IMG/VR virus record: IMGVR_UViG_3300030118_003168 | Coordinates: 53,753-73,752 of that record | Strand: one strand, 5' to 3' | DNA length: 20,000 nucleotides | Origin: an uncultured virus (IMG/VR IMGVR_UViG_3300030118_003168) | Taxonomy: Duplodnaviria > Heunggongvirae > Uroviricota > Caudoviricetes | Shown here: positions 9,930 through 17,496 of the stretch, piece by piece | How positions within the stretch are numbered: the first letter of the stretch is position 1 | Layout: each line of letters starts with the position of its first letter | Notes under the pieces: generated by a model | The model's input: only the letters and a program-made list of their open reading frames with translations | Told to the model about the DNA's origin: nothing | Databases searched by the model: none | Position numbers and translations under genes: made by a program

Positions 9930-10053
9930 ATATGCCTTTACAAGCCCTACATTCCCACAATTTTATTTGTTCAGTAGAACCTACATAAAAGCCTAAAAGT
10001 CTTTTTGCTACTGTATATTCATTACAGTAGATACATTTTTGCTTTAATCCCAT
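9901..10053 (-). CDS. 50-aa zinc-ribbon protein (CxxC-x24-CxxC-xxx-W; TFS/TFIIS-C-like spacing)
   Basis: Hand translation: MGLKQKCIYCNEYTVAKRLLGFYVGSTEQIKLWECRACKGIWSEKTVGGQ*. Starts 4 nt after the preceding stop and ends inside the terminator hairpin. Not in the ORF track. Confidence 0.75.
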   Translation of the reverse strand: MGLKQKCIYCNEYTVAKRLLGFYVGSTEQIKLWECRACKGIWSEKTVGGQ

Positions 10054-10057
10054 GTCA

Positions 10058-10207
10058 TCACTTAATGTTCTTATCTTCGCCCATTAAACGCTTCATGTAT
10101 TCTTCAACGCTTTCATCAGTAACCGAAGTTCCACCGAAAGCAGCGAAAAACAGAAGCATTAGAACGACGATGAAAACAAACAAGCCGAACCATTCCCAAC
10201 CAGTCAT
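10058..10207 (-). CDS. 49-aa single-pass membrane protein
   Basis: Hand translation: MTGWEWFGLFVFIVVLMLLFFAAFGGTSVTDESVEEYMKRLMGEDKNIK*. TAATG overlap with the exonuclease stop and a perfect GGAGGTGA at 10215-10222. Not in the ORF track. Confidence 0.8.
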   Translation of the reverse strand: MTGWEWFGLFVFIVVLMLLFFAAFGGTSVTDESVEEYMKRLMGEDKNIK

Positions 10208-10800
10208 TACCATTTCACCTCCAAATCTAAATATTCTCCTTTTTCAACCGAAAAGGCTTTTACAATTCCATTATTTTGTCCATACTGCCAAAGGTCATAG
10301 ACTAATTGTGTATCTTTCATACAATATTCAACTACTTCATCATACTGTCCCATTTTCCACAATTTAGGTGCATCTGCACTATCCATTAACTTAGCATCAT
10401 TCATAGTGCATTTAACAAGATTTTTTAATTGAAACCTTTCACCATGTTCTTTAAGCAACAACTTAGAAGTATCTATATATTTTTCTTCACTAAGATATTT
10501 ATTAATACAGAATATATCCATAGAATCCCTAAGAATAGGTAAATCAAATGCAACAATGTTATGTCCTAATAATAGACCTCCTTTTTGCAAATGCTCATCT
10601 AAGTCATATTTGAGTTCTCTAAGAGATTTAACTATGTGTCCTGATTTAGCAAAAGAATTTACTGGTTCATCAACATAAACTGTTCCAGTATTACCATCCC
10701 AAGTAGCAACAGTAGATACTTGAAACATATGAGTATTACCGAAACCACCAATATCATAAGACATATTTTTGGTTTCTAAGTCAATTGCTAAAATTGACAT
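10207..10800 (-). CDS. DEDDy 3'-5' exonuclease (RNase H-like, YprB/RNase_H_2-type)
   Basis: ExoI 'ILAIDLET', ExoII 'GHNIVAFDLPIL', ExoIII 'EYCMKDTQLV'; AGGTGA at 10807-10812. Confidence 0.85.
   Translation of the reverse strand: MSILAIDLETKNMSYDIGGFGNTHMFQVSTVATWDGNTGTVYVDEPVNSFAKSGHIVKSLRELKYDLDEHLQKGGLLLGHNIVAFDLPILRDSMDIFCINKYLSEEKYIDTSKLLLKEHGERFQLKNLVKCTMNDAKLMDSADAPKLWKMGQYDEVVEYCMKDTQLVYDLWQYGQNNGIVKAFSVEKGEYLDLEVKW
10215..10222 (-). promoter_or_regulatory. Archaeal-type Shine-Dalgarno GGAGGTGA (representative of many sites)
   Basis: (A/G)GGTGA also lies just upstream of starts at 10807-10812, 11040-11045, 12570-12575, 19152-19157 (- strand) and 9076-9081 (+ strand); GGAGGT at 13258-13263 (- strand). 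Confidence 0.8.
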
Positions 10801-10802
10801 AT

Positions 10803-11033
10803 TTACTCACCTGAATTAGACCAAAGTTTACTAATTTTTTCTTCCTCTTTATCTACTTTAGGTTCTTCATCTACATCTGTTCTTCGCTTTAAGAAGCAAA
10901 CAATCTGCTTATTTGCTACAATTAATTGGGAACAACATTCCCAACCATCGTCACCATAAGTATTTAATGTGTCAATAATTACTTTTGGCCCTTTTGCTAC
11001 TTCAAATACTAGATATGTGTTTTCCCATTTCAT
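10803..11033 (-). CDS. DUF4177-like small protein
   Basis: 'MKWENTYLVF...DTLNTYGDDGWECCS...VCFLKR' matches the KWEY...LN.lG.eGWElv...fKR pattern of DUF4177; ATGA overlap and SD present. Confidence 0.7.
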   Translation of the reverse strand: MKWENTYLVFEVAKGPKVIIDTLNTYGDDGWECCSQLIVANKQIVCFLKRRTDVDEEPKVDKEEEKISKLWSNSGE

Positions 11034-12565
11034 TCGTCATCACCTTTTTTCAGTCTAATATATTTAGAACGACTAATATACATTTCTTCAAATCTATGTT
11101 CTACATTCCCAAAATGTCTGTAAATTTGTGCTTGAGATTTCTTGGCTTTCTCTTTAATTGCTTTGAAATACAATGTTTTATTGACATAACCTTCTTCATC
11201 TTTCTCCATGTTGTTATAAACATTAATAAAGACTGACTCTAGCGAATTTTCAGCAATACTATGTCGCTTAACCCGTAGGCTTCGCTCTAACCAATCAACC
11301 AATGTCATATAACATTGTCGGACAATCGTAGCCGCTTGACGGACATTATGCCCCGAAACATTGAATCTTTGGCTTTTATCTTTGATTGATGGAGCAGAAG
11401 CAACGCTACAAAGAACAGACATTTTAATGAGAATTTTAAGCAAACGGGTAGTAAAATTTGCTGCAATTTCAGCAACTTCGCCTCTTGTGTTCCAAAGATA
11501 GTTATTCATATTTTGATACTCTAACTTCAAAACATCATTGAAATCAGGAGAATAAGTCATAACATTGAGAACATTACCTCCGACTTCATTATATCTTTCT
11601 TCAACTAATTCGTAAATTTTGAAAATAGCATTAGCAAATCTTTCAACTGGTTGATTAACTTCTTCTAATGTTCCTGCTTTTTCAATTTGCTCTAATCTCA
11701 TTTTATGCTGAATAAATTTAGGAACTTCCCAAACATATAAAAGCATTCTTTGAAGAACACCTTTTTCAGCCATTACTTCGTTTAGATTACTTGGAGGATA
11801 AGTCATAGCAATTACTGAACGCTCACAAAAACATTCCATAATTTTATTATCATAAGAAGTCAAAGCCTTAGATATTATCCATGATTCACCTGCCAATGTA
11901 TTCATTAAAGTATTAAGATAAACAATTGCTTTATCTTGATGTTGGCTTTGCTTAAAAATACCAGAATATTCAAATTCATCCCAATGGGCTAATCCGCTTC
12001 CTTCAAGCAATCCAGCGTTTCTTTTTGGTTTCATTTCTCCTGTCCACTTTTCTTCAAAGGTTTCTTCATTAACTTCCATTACTTTTTCTTCTCCCCAATT
12101 ACCAATCAATACTGAATCTGTATAATCTGTTATACCGAAAGTATCAAACTTTCTTTCCATAATATCATCAACATGAGGATTATCTGAATTTGTTTTTAGT
12201 GAAGGATGATTTCCTTTACCATTAATCAATTCAAATGTTTTGTTAGCAACTGGCCCAACAAAATTCCATAATGTTGATTTTCCTGTTCCGCTTGTTTGAA
12301 CCCAACAAAAATGCACTCTTGAATCTTCAATGTTTCTTCCGTTTGGTATTTGTATAAAATCTTTACAGACCTGTCCTAAAATATTAAAGAAAGAAATTGC
12401 TGCTGGTATTTCATTATAATGAGATACTTCAACTGCTGAGGTTTGAAACTCTCTAACAATTGCAGGAAGGGCTTCACTAAATGCAATAGCATTTTCTTCT
12501 AAAGCCTCCAAATACTCATCTTCAACTTCTTCTCCATATAGTTCTTCGTTATATTCATTACTCAT
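11030..12565 (-). CDS. MCM-like/DUF3987-like AAA+ ATPase, probable replicative helicase
   Basis: Walker A 'QTSGTGKST', Walker B 'GLAHWDEFE', arginine-finger-like 'GVLQRML', sensor-2-like 'TTRLLKILIKMS', MCM-like closing helix 'VSGHNVRQAATIV', possible C-terminal winged helix. Confidence 0.7.
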   Translation of the reverse strand: MSNEYNEELYGEEVEDEYLEALEENAIAFSEALPAIVREFQTSAVEVSHYNEIPAAISFFNILGQVCKDFIQIPNGRNIEDSRVHFCWVQTSGTGKSTLWNFVGPVANKTFELINGKGNHPSLKTNSDNPHVDDIMERKFDTFGITDYTDSVLIGNWGEEKVMEVNEETFEEKWTGEMKPKRNAGLLEGSGLAHWDEFEYSGIFKQSQHQDKAIVYLNTLMNTLAGESWIISKALTSYDNKIMECFCERSVIAMTYPPSNLNEVMAEKGVLQRMLLYVWEVPKFIQHKMRLEQIEKAGTLEEVNQPVERFANAIFKIYELVEERYNEVGGNVLNVMTYSPDFNDVLKLEYQNMNNYLWNTRGEVAEIAANFTTRLLKILIKMSVLCSVASAPSIKDKSQRFNVSGHNVRQAATIVRQCYMTLVDWLERSLRVKRHSIAENSLESVFINVYNNMEKDEEGYVNKTLYFKAIKEKAKKSQAQIYRHFGNVEHRFEEMYISRSKYIRLKKGDDE

Positions 12566-13251
12566 ATTTTCACCTTCTCTTCTGAATTTAATGTAGAGAT
12601 TATTCTTTTGGCTAAGGTTTCTCCAATACCTTCAATCGCTTGTAGTTCAAATGCTGAACACTCGCCAATTTCCATAATAGAGCCATATTGTTTTATTAAT
12701 TGTTTTGCTTTTTTAATTGATACGCCTTTAATACTGCTTAACAAATCTATTCTTAAATCATCTGTTGTAATTCTTTTAAATATCTGTGGTGCTATTGTTT
12801 CTCTTGTTAATGGTTTCATTTTACTTACTGCTGTTATTATTAGTGCCGCTTCTTCTTCCGTCTGAACCCAAAAAGGTTTAACATCGGTATCTAAAACGAT
12901 TCTCCCTAATGCTCCTAAAAATTTATTACTTAGCATAATACTTCTAGTTCCTATTGGCATTTTACTGGGAGAGTGTTCAATTACATTCATAATTGCTTCT
13001 TGCATATCGCCATAAATAATGACGACATTAGTTTGATAATGTCTATCCATATTATCTATTTGTGTCCATAATCTTTTAGACATTACTGAACCTAAAAAAT
13101 CGGTTGCTGATTTTGCTTCAAAACAAACATCATCAAAAATATAATCGCCTATTTCAAGCCACTTTACTTCATGTTCTATCTTAAGGGCTTTTGCTTTTTG
13201 AACAACAAGTTTAGAAAGTTTTGAATTTTCTCTTGAATCAATTACTAGCAT
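12562..13251 (-). CDS. ERCC4/XPF-family structure-specific endonuclease with tandem HhH domain
   Basis: 'VIDSRE', 'IGDYI', 'FEAKSATDFLGS' (ERKxxxD variant); HhH motifs 'IKGVSIKKAKQL' and 'IEGIGETLAKRI'. Confidence 0.9.
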   Translation of the reverse strand: MLVIDSRENSKLSKLVVQKAKALKIEHEVKWLEIGDYIFDDVCFEAKSATDFLGSVMSKRLWTQIDNMDRHYQTNVVIIYGDMQEAIMNVIEHSPSKMPIGTRSIMLSNKFLGALGRIVLDTDVKPFWVQTEEEAALIITAVSKMKPLTRETIAPQIFKRITTDDLRIDLLSSIKGVSIKKAKQLIKQYGSIMEIGECSAFELQAIEGIGETLAKRIISTLNSEEKVKI

Positions 13252-14278
13252 TTGAATACCTCCAACATTTACCTACACAAAAACCTTCACTAATGAGCCT
13301 ATCACAATGAGGCGTATTATAGTTATTATAGACTGTAAAACGAGAATGTTTTTGAGTTTCATTCTTATCCCAATCAAGCCATACTGAATCAGAATCAGCA
13401 AAGACTCTTTCTAATTCTTCAACTACTAACTGATGAACTTTTTGTTTATCAGCATGATTAGTCAAATCGGTATAACCCGACAATAAATCACGATACCAAG
13501 ATACAAGGTATGCTCTTGCTAAATGTGTTGGATTCTCTACCATAACCGCATTATGCAAACAGGGCAACATAGGCAATTTACCTACGCTTGAAGGCACAGA
13601 AACAGACCCCTCCATAGCCTCAATAGGGGGTGCTTTGGGAAACAAGACCTCATTTTTACCGCCCTTTTGGAAGGGTAAATGGCGAGGCTTGATAGACATT
13701 CTAAGTATTTCTTCAATATCTAAAGATAAGTCATCAATAGTTAAAGGTATGCAATAACGAGCATTTCCTTCTCCATCAGAAGATGACATATTAACTGTAT
13801 TTGGAACTCTCCTTAATCTTGTAGTCTGTCCTACCCGTTCATCAAGAGTATTGTCTTTTCCTACTTTCATAATTAGATATTCTTTTATCTCTTTAAAAAA
13901 TGTTTGAACATCTCTCATTTCTTTTGTTCTTTTTCCAAACAAAAATAAATGAAAACCACGACCTGAGAAAAACAAAGTATGTTTGTAATCATTAGTAATA
14001 ACCAATTCCATCACCTGTTTTACATCACGCCATGCTTTATCTAATTCGTCTTCATGGGCATCAAAATCTAAAAATATTCTATCAATAATTACGCTTGCTT
14101 CAACAGGCATATTTTCTGTAAAATACTCAAAATCATACACGGTAGTATATACATTTGTTCTGTTGTTGTGTGCTTTAATAAAATCAATGTAATCATTCCT
14201 TGTCGTCATCTTTTTTCTTCGCATTTGTGGAGCGTTTCTTATTTGACTCCCCGCCCATACCATTCTCGGATATTTCAT
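13238..14278 (-). CDS. Archaeo-eukaryotic primase (PriS-like) fused to a Cys-containing PriL-CTD-like domain
   Basis: Motif I 'FLDFD', motif II 'FSGRGFH', motif III region 'RLRRVPNTVN'; C-terminal 'LPCL...TPHCDRLISEGFCVGKCW'. Start placed at ATG 14278 (MKYPR) because GGAGGG lies 7 nt upstream. Confidence 0.85.
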   Translation of the reverse strand: MKYPRMVWAGSQIRNAPQMRRKKMTTRNDYIDFIKAHNNRTNVYTTVYDFEYFTENMPVEASVIIDRIFLDFDAHEDELDKAWRDVKQVMELVITNDYKHTLFFSGRGFHLFLFGKRTKEMRDVQTFFKEIKEYLIMKVGKDNTLDERVGQTTRLRRVPNTVNMSSSDGEGNARYCIPLTIDDLSLDIEEILRMSIKPRHLPFQKGGKNEVLFPKAPPIEAMEGSVSVPSSVGKLPMLPCLHNAVMVENPTHLARAYLVSWYRDLLSGYTDLTNHADKQKVHQLVVEELERVFADSDSVWLDWDKNETQKHSRFTVYNNYNTPHCDRLISEGFCVGKCWRYSNASN

Positions 14279-14564
14279 TGACATTCCCTCCAAAATTTAC
14301 TGTTGCCGTATTTAGCATACTTCTAATAATTCCTGCTACATCACCTTGTAATGTAGTCATAATTGCTTCTCTCATAACATCTTCAAAAACAAGACCTACC
14401 CATCCTTCATTAACTCTAATACCTCTAATAATATCATATCTTTCTGGTAAAGATAACTCAAGGTATATTTCTTGAGAAAGAGAACCTATTGTTTCTTTTA
14501 GATTAGATATTTCATTAAATGTCCAGTTTCTTGATAATACTTTTTGCTTAATTAAATCATTCAT
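14193..14564 (-). CDS. Hypothetical protein (about 123 aa)
   Basis: Likely start MNDLIKQK at 14564, 4 nt after the Cas4-like stop; fills the gap in the operon; 3' end overlaps the primase start. Confidence 0.6.
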   Translation of the reverse strand: MNDLIKQKVLSRNWTFNEISNLKETIGSLSQEIYLELSLPERYDIIRGIRVNEGWVGLVFEDVMREAIMTTLQGDVAGIIRSMLNTATVNFGGNVNEISENGMGGESNKKRSTNAKKKDDDKE

Positions 14565-14568
14565 TTTA

Positions 14569-15474
14569 TCACAACCATGTGTCTTCATTTGCAGCATCAC
14601 AAATACCAAAGTAAGAACAATGAGAACAAGTCTTATAATAAAACTTAGTTTCAAAATGTTTCTGTTCATAAGAATGTATTAACTTAGCAATATTGTTCAT
14701 AACCGAAGTTTTTGTTCTTTTCTTAACAGGTTCAACAGTAATATGATTAGCAACGGGATAATACCAACCCCAATGACTTACTTCTAAGTCAGAAGTTAAT
14801 CCATGTTTGGTTAAGATTTCTTCAGGAGCATTTTCAAGCATTAATTGATAAAATGCCATTTCTTGTCTCATTGAAGTTTTCTTCCAGTCTTTCCATCCAC
14901 CTGTTTTATATTCAAAAGGAATAAGTTTGCCGTCTTCAATGAATACTCGGTCAATAATACCTTGAAGTCTAACAACATAATCTCTTTGTAATGGAAACTT
15001 GGGATTCGTATTTCTAGGGATAGTTAATTCACAATCAAACATTTTTTCGTTAATTATAGGTAAAAACTCATGTGTTCTCCCTTCACTTTTTGCTTCAATA
15101 AATCGCTGTGCTTCAAAAGCAGCAACAGTTAAAGAAACATCAAAGTATTCATCAACGGGCATTAAACTTGTTGCATACTCCATAATTTCTGAATTATTCA
15201 TGGAATCGGCTTTCTTAATATCAAATTCATCAAAAAAGGCTTCTCTATGATTATGTAATATAGTTCCTTTACGCATGGCTTCCGTTTGGTCTTGAGGTAA
15301 TCTCTCAATATAACTAAACTCATACTTTTTAGGACACCAATTAAAAGAACCTAATGAAGACTTGCTTATCTTTAAGATAGGCTTAGAAGGGTCTTCAAAT
15401 GCTTCTGCATCCCATTGATATGTAAATTCTCTCATTGACTTTAATCTTGCTTCGTATTGTTCATCTTTACTCAT
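14569..15474 (-). CDS. Stand-alone Cas4-like PD-(D/E)XK (RecB-family) nuclease with probable Fe-S cluster
   Basis: 'SKSSLGSFNWCPKKY', 'GTILH', 'GIIDRV', 'EYKTG', 'QEMAFY' and C-terminal 'CSHCSYFGIC' give the 1+3 cysteine arrangement of Cas4/AddB. Confidence 0.85.
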   Translation of the reverse strand: MSKDEQYEARLKSMREFTYQWDAEAFEDPSKPILKISKSSLGSFNWCPKKYEFSYIERLPQDQTEAMRKGTILHNHREAFFDEFDIKKADSMNNSEIMEYATSLMPVDEYFDVSLTVAAFEAQRFIEAKSEGRTHEFLPIINEKMFDCELTIPRNTNPKFPLQRDYVVRLQGIIDRVFIEDGKLIPFEYKTGGWKDWKKTSMRQEMAFYQLMLENAPEEILTKHGLTSDLEVSHWGWYYPVANHITVEPVKKRTKTSVMNNIAKLIHSYEQKHFETKFYYKTCSHCSYFGICDAANEDTWL

Positions 15475-15477
15475 ATT

Positions 15478-16371
15478 TTACCACCACTCATCAAGGCTCG
15501 TTTGTGTATATCCTGTGCGTATGGACGATATATCCCAACCCATCGCCTTGTAAATAGGTTCGGCTTTCTTTACTACTTGTTCAGCATAGTGCTTCCAATC
15601 GGGAATATAACCTTCAAAATCCTTTTTAGTTATGCCCGATATGTATTCAACATCTTTTCTTTCTTGCGTTAAAGGATGAATAAATGAATTACAAAAGCCC
15701 ATTACTTTGATAAATAAATAAGAGTCATCAAAATTAGTGTCATTTTTTTGCCAAGCGTATAAAACTCCAGCAATACCTGAACCAATTGACGGTTTTTTTC
15801 CTTCAAGTGTAGTAAATTTGCTTGTTTCTGTTGCACATTTTTTACAGACAGAATGTTTTAGTTCTAAACATTCCTTCAAATGATATTTTGCTTTACATTC
15901 TGGGCATTTTACTGTGAATCTGGAAGGTCTTAAACGACTTCTCTTAATGATTGAATCAATATTAATTTTACCATTAATAACCTTTTGATATGTTTCAAAA
16001 AGATATTTATTGATTTCTGCCTGTGTTTTTTCTCCAACCCACATTTTAAGAACATTAGTTTGAACTTCCTTTGCTAATTTAGTTTCACTCACTCTTTTAG
16101 CAGTAAATCCTGTCATTGTGAACTTTGGCTCATCAAGCCATTCTCCATCTTCCCAAGATACTAAACCAGCATTTCTGTTTTTTGTTGTTCCTACACCTAA
16201 TGCTGAAAAATACTTTTCAAATTCTAATACTACTGGGTGTTCTTTTAATCCCATAACATTAGGAAAGTGTTCTCTTACTGATGCTTCAATTTCTTTAATC
16301 GCTGTTTGAGCAGTTTCTACGGAATCAATTTGCACATAGATAGAATCGGTATGTCCATAAACTACTTTCAT
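15478..16371 (-). CDS. polB: Family B DNA polymerase, C-terminal subunit (motif C, palm remainder, thumb, PIP box)
   Basis: Begins MKVVYGHTDSIYV (motif C variant), then 'LEFEKYF', 'KNRNAG', 'MTGFTAKR', 'PDWKHYAEQVVKKAEPI'; ends QTSLDEWW (PIP box). Confidence 0.92.
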   Translation of the reverse strand: MKVVYGHTDSIYVQIDSVETAQTAIKEIEASVREHFPNVMGLKEHPVVLEFEKYFSALGVGTTKNRNAGLVSWEDGEWLDEPKFTMTGFTAKRVSETKLAKEVQTNVLKMWVGEKTQAEINKYLFETYQKVINGKINIDSIIKRSRLRPSRFTVKCPECKAKYHLKECLELKHSVCKKCATETSKFTTLEGKKPSIGSGIAGVLYAWQKNDTNFDDSYLFIKVMGFCNSFIHPLTQERKDVEYISGITKKDFEGYIPDWKHYAEQVVKKAEPIYKAMGWDISSIRTGYTQTSLDEWW

Positions 16372-16375
16372 AATA

Positions 16376-16582
16376 TCACTTTAACCAACTAAACATTATT
16401 CCAACTGGCTGATTAGCCATTTTTGCTACTTCTTCTTGTAATTCACGAATACATCTTTTAAGATTACCATTCACATCATTTTGCTCAATTTGATAATCCA
16501 AGTCTTTTTCTAATCCGTTAATTCTTTGCTTGAGGGCTTTTATTTCCCTTTTTAGTTCTTTAATTTCTTCCTTTTCTTTCAT
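16376..16582 (-). CDS. Small coiled-coil protein
   Basis: 68 aa with heptad pattern (IKELKREIKALKQRINGLEKDL); ATGA-coupled to the upstream ORF. Confidence 0.7.
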   Translation of the reverse strand: MKEKEEIKELKREIKALKQRINGLEKDLDYQIEQNDVNGNLKRCIRELQEEVAKMANQPVGIMFSWLK

Positions 16583-16710
16583 ATTACCACCGTAATTATT
16601 GTTATAATGGTTGCTATGTTTACGATATTTACCATCATTAATATCTTATTTGACCTTGCTATCATAGCCAGCAATTCTTCTAATAACTCATTTGTTCTGT
16701 CCATCATCAT
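16579..16710 (-). CDS. 43-aa protein with C-terminal hydrophobic/transmembrane segment
   Basis: Hand translation: MMMDRTNELLEELLAMIARSNKILMMVNIVNIATIITIITVVI*; stop overlaps the next start (ATGA). Exact start Met uncertain. Not in the ORF track. Confidence 0.65.
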   Translation of the reverse strand: MMMDRTNELLEELLAMIARSNKILMMVNIVNIATIITIITVVI

Positions 16711-16939
16711 TGTAATCCACCGAATCATTTAGAATTTTCACATTACCCGCAACCTGAACATTATTATTTCCAATTGCAATTTGTGAAGTAGAATTGACTC
16801 CTTGTTCAACGCCTAAGATAATAGCATTACGCTTTAGATTATTCATCATCTGAAATATCTCTTTTACTTCTTGTAATGTTATTTCCCATGTTTCTTCGGT
16901 ATCATACGATACTTTAACTGTTACTATTTTTGTTCTCAT
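16688..16939 (-). CDS. Hypothetical protein (83 aa)
   Basis: Starts 1 nt after the upstream stop, with GAGGA upstream; no recognisable motif. Confidence 0.65.
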   Translation of the reverse strand: MRTKIVTVKVSYDTEETWEITLQEVKEIFQMMNNLKRNAIILGVEQGVNSTSQIAIGNNNVQVAGNVKILNDSVDYNDDGQNK

Positions 16940-16940
16940 T

Positions 16941-17156
16941 TTAAATCCTCACATATGTTCTTCTTCCTCTATTCATATCTTTAGATATGATATTATCTTT
17001 ACGATTCAAATACCATCCTATTGCACTATTATCTGCTACAAAAGTAGTTCCTCTTTCAGAAACTAACTGTTCTCTAACAGTAGTGGCAAGAAATTCATGC
17101 CCTACTGGATATTCAGAAACAATTGAATCAATCCATCTTTTAACATGACTATTCAT
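16941..17156 (-). CDS. Hypothetical protein (71 aa), possibly winged-helix
   Basis: ATGA-coupled, AAGGAG upstream; helix-helix-helix then beta-hairpin pattern ending GRRTYVRI. Fold is a guess. Confidence 0.6.
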   Translation of the reverse strand: MNSHVKRWIDSIVSEYPVGHEFLATTVREQLVSERGTTFVADNSAIGWYLNRKDNIISKDMNRGRRTYVRI

Positions 17157-17284
17157 CCAAATCTCTCCTTATGTCCACATTTAGGGCACTCATATACTGC
17201 TTTTTCTTTTGCAGAACTATATCCATACCCTTTAGGTTTATAATATTTACAAACTAATTCTTCTTTACATACTATACATTTCAT
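17153..17284 (-). CDS. 43-aa zinc-ribbon protein (CxxC-x26-CxxC)
   Basis: Hand translation: MKCIVCKEELVCKYYKPKGYGYSSAKEKAVYECPKCGHKERFG*; ATGA overlaps at both ends. Not in the ORF track. Confidence 0.8.
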   Translation of the reverse strand: MKCIVCKEELVCKYYKPKGYGYSSAKEKAVYECPKCGHKERFG

Positions 17285-17496
17285 ATTTCCATCTCCTTAT
17301 TTATTTTATTTTTCAAAGCAAATTTAATATTTTTAATAAAACTTTGTTGGGCTTTTTTAGACATTTTAGTTATGTGAAACCCTTCACAAAATTCACAATA
17401 ATAAAAGTTTAATTTGATGTTTTCTAACTCCTTTGCTTTCTTTTGATATTTTCTTGCTAAAGAAGCATTAGGGTAAATTACTTTACCACATCTCAT
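17281..17496 (-). CDS. Small basic Zn-binding protein (C...CxxC...H)
   Basis: 'MRCGKVIY...A...YYCEFCEGFHITK' resembles a common small phage protein pattern (C.K..Y...Y.C..C.gwHlT); ATGA overlap with the polB-N stop. Confidence 0.7.
   Translation of the reverse strand: MRCGKVIYPNASLARKYQKKAKELENIKLNFYYCEFCEGFHITKMSKKAQQSFIKNIKFALKNKINKEMEI

Noticed and set aside
9845..9930. tRNA or other ncRNA in the only sizeable intergenic gap
   Set aside because: No cloverleaf or T-loop motif; the structure is explained by a terminator-like hairpin.
14565..14669. Longer N-terminus of the 158-aa ORF as given in the track
   Set aside because: It overlaps the Cys-rich end of the Cas4-like gene; ATG at 14564 fits the operon spacing better.
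14569..15474. CRISPR-Cas locus suggested by the Cas4-like gene
   Set aside because: No repeat-spacer array or other cas genes seen; almost no intergenic space in the window.
16372..17492. Intein, self-splicing intron, transposon or pseudogenisation as the cause of the polB break
   Set aside because: No intein termini (Cys/Ser start, His-Asn end), homing endonuclease, transposase or terminal inverted repeats were seen; both halves have proper starts and intact ends, and the gap is filled by coupled ORFs.
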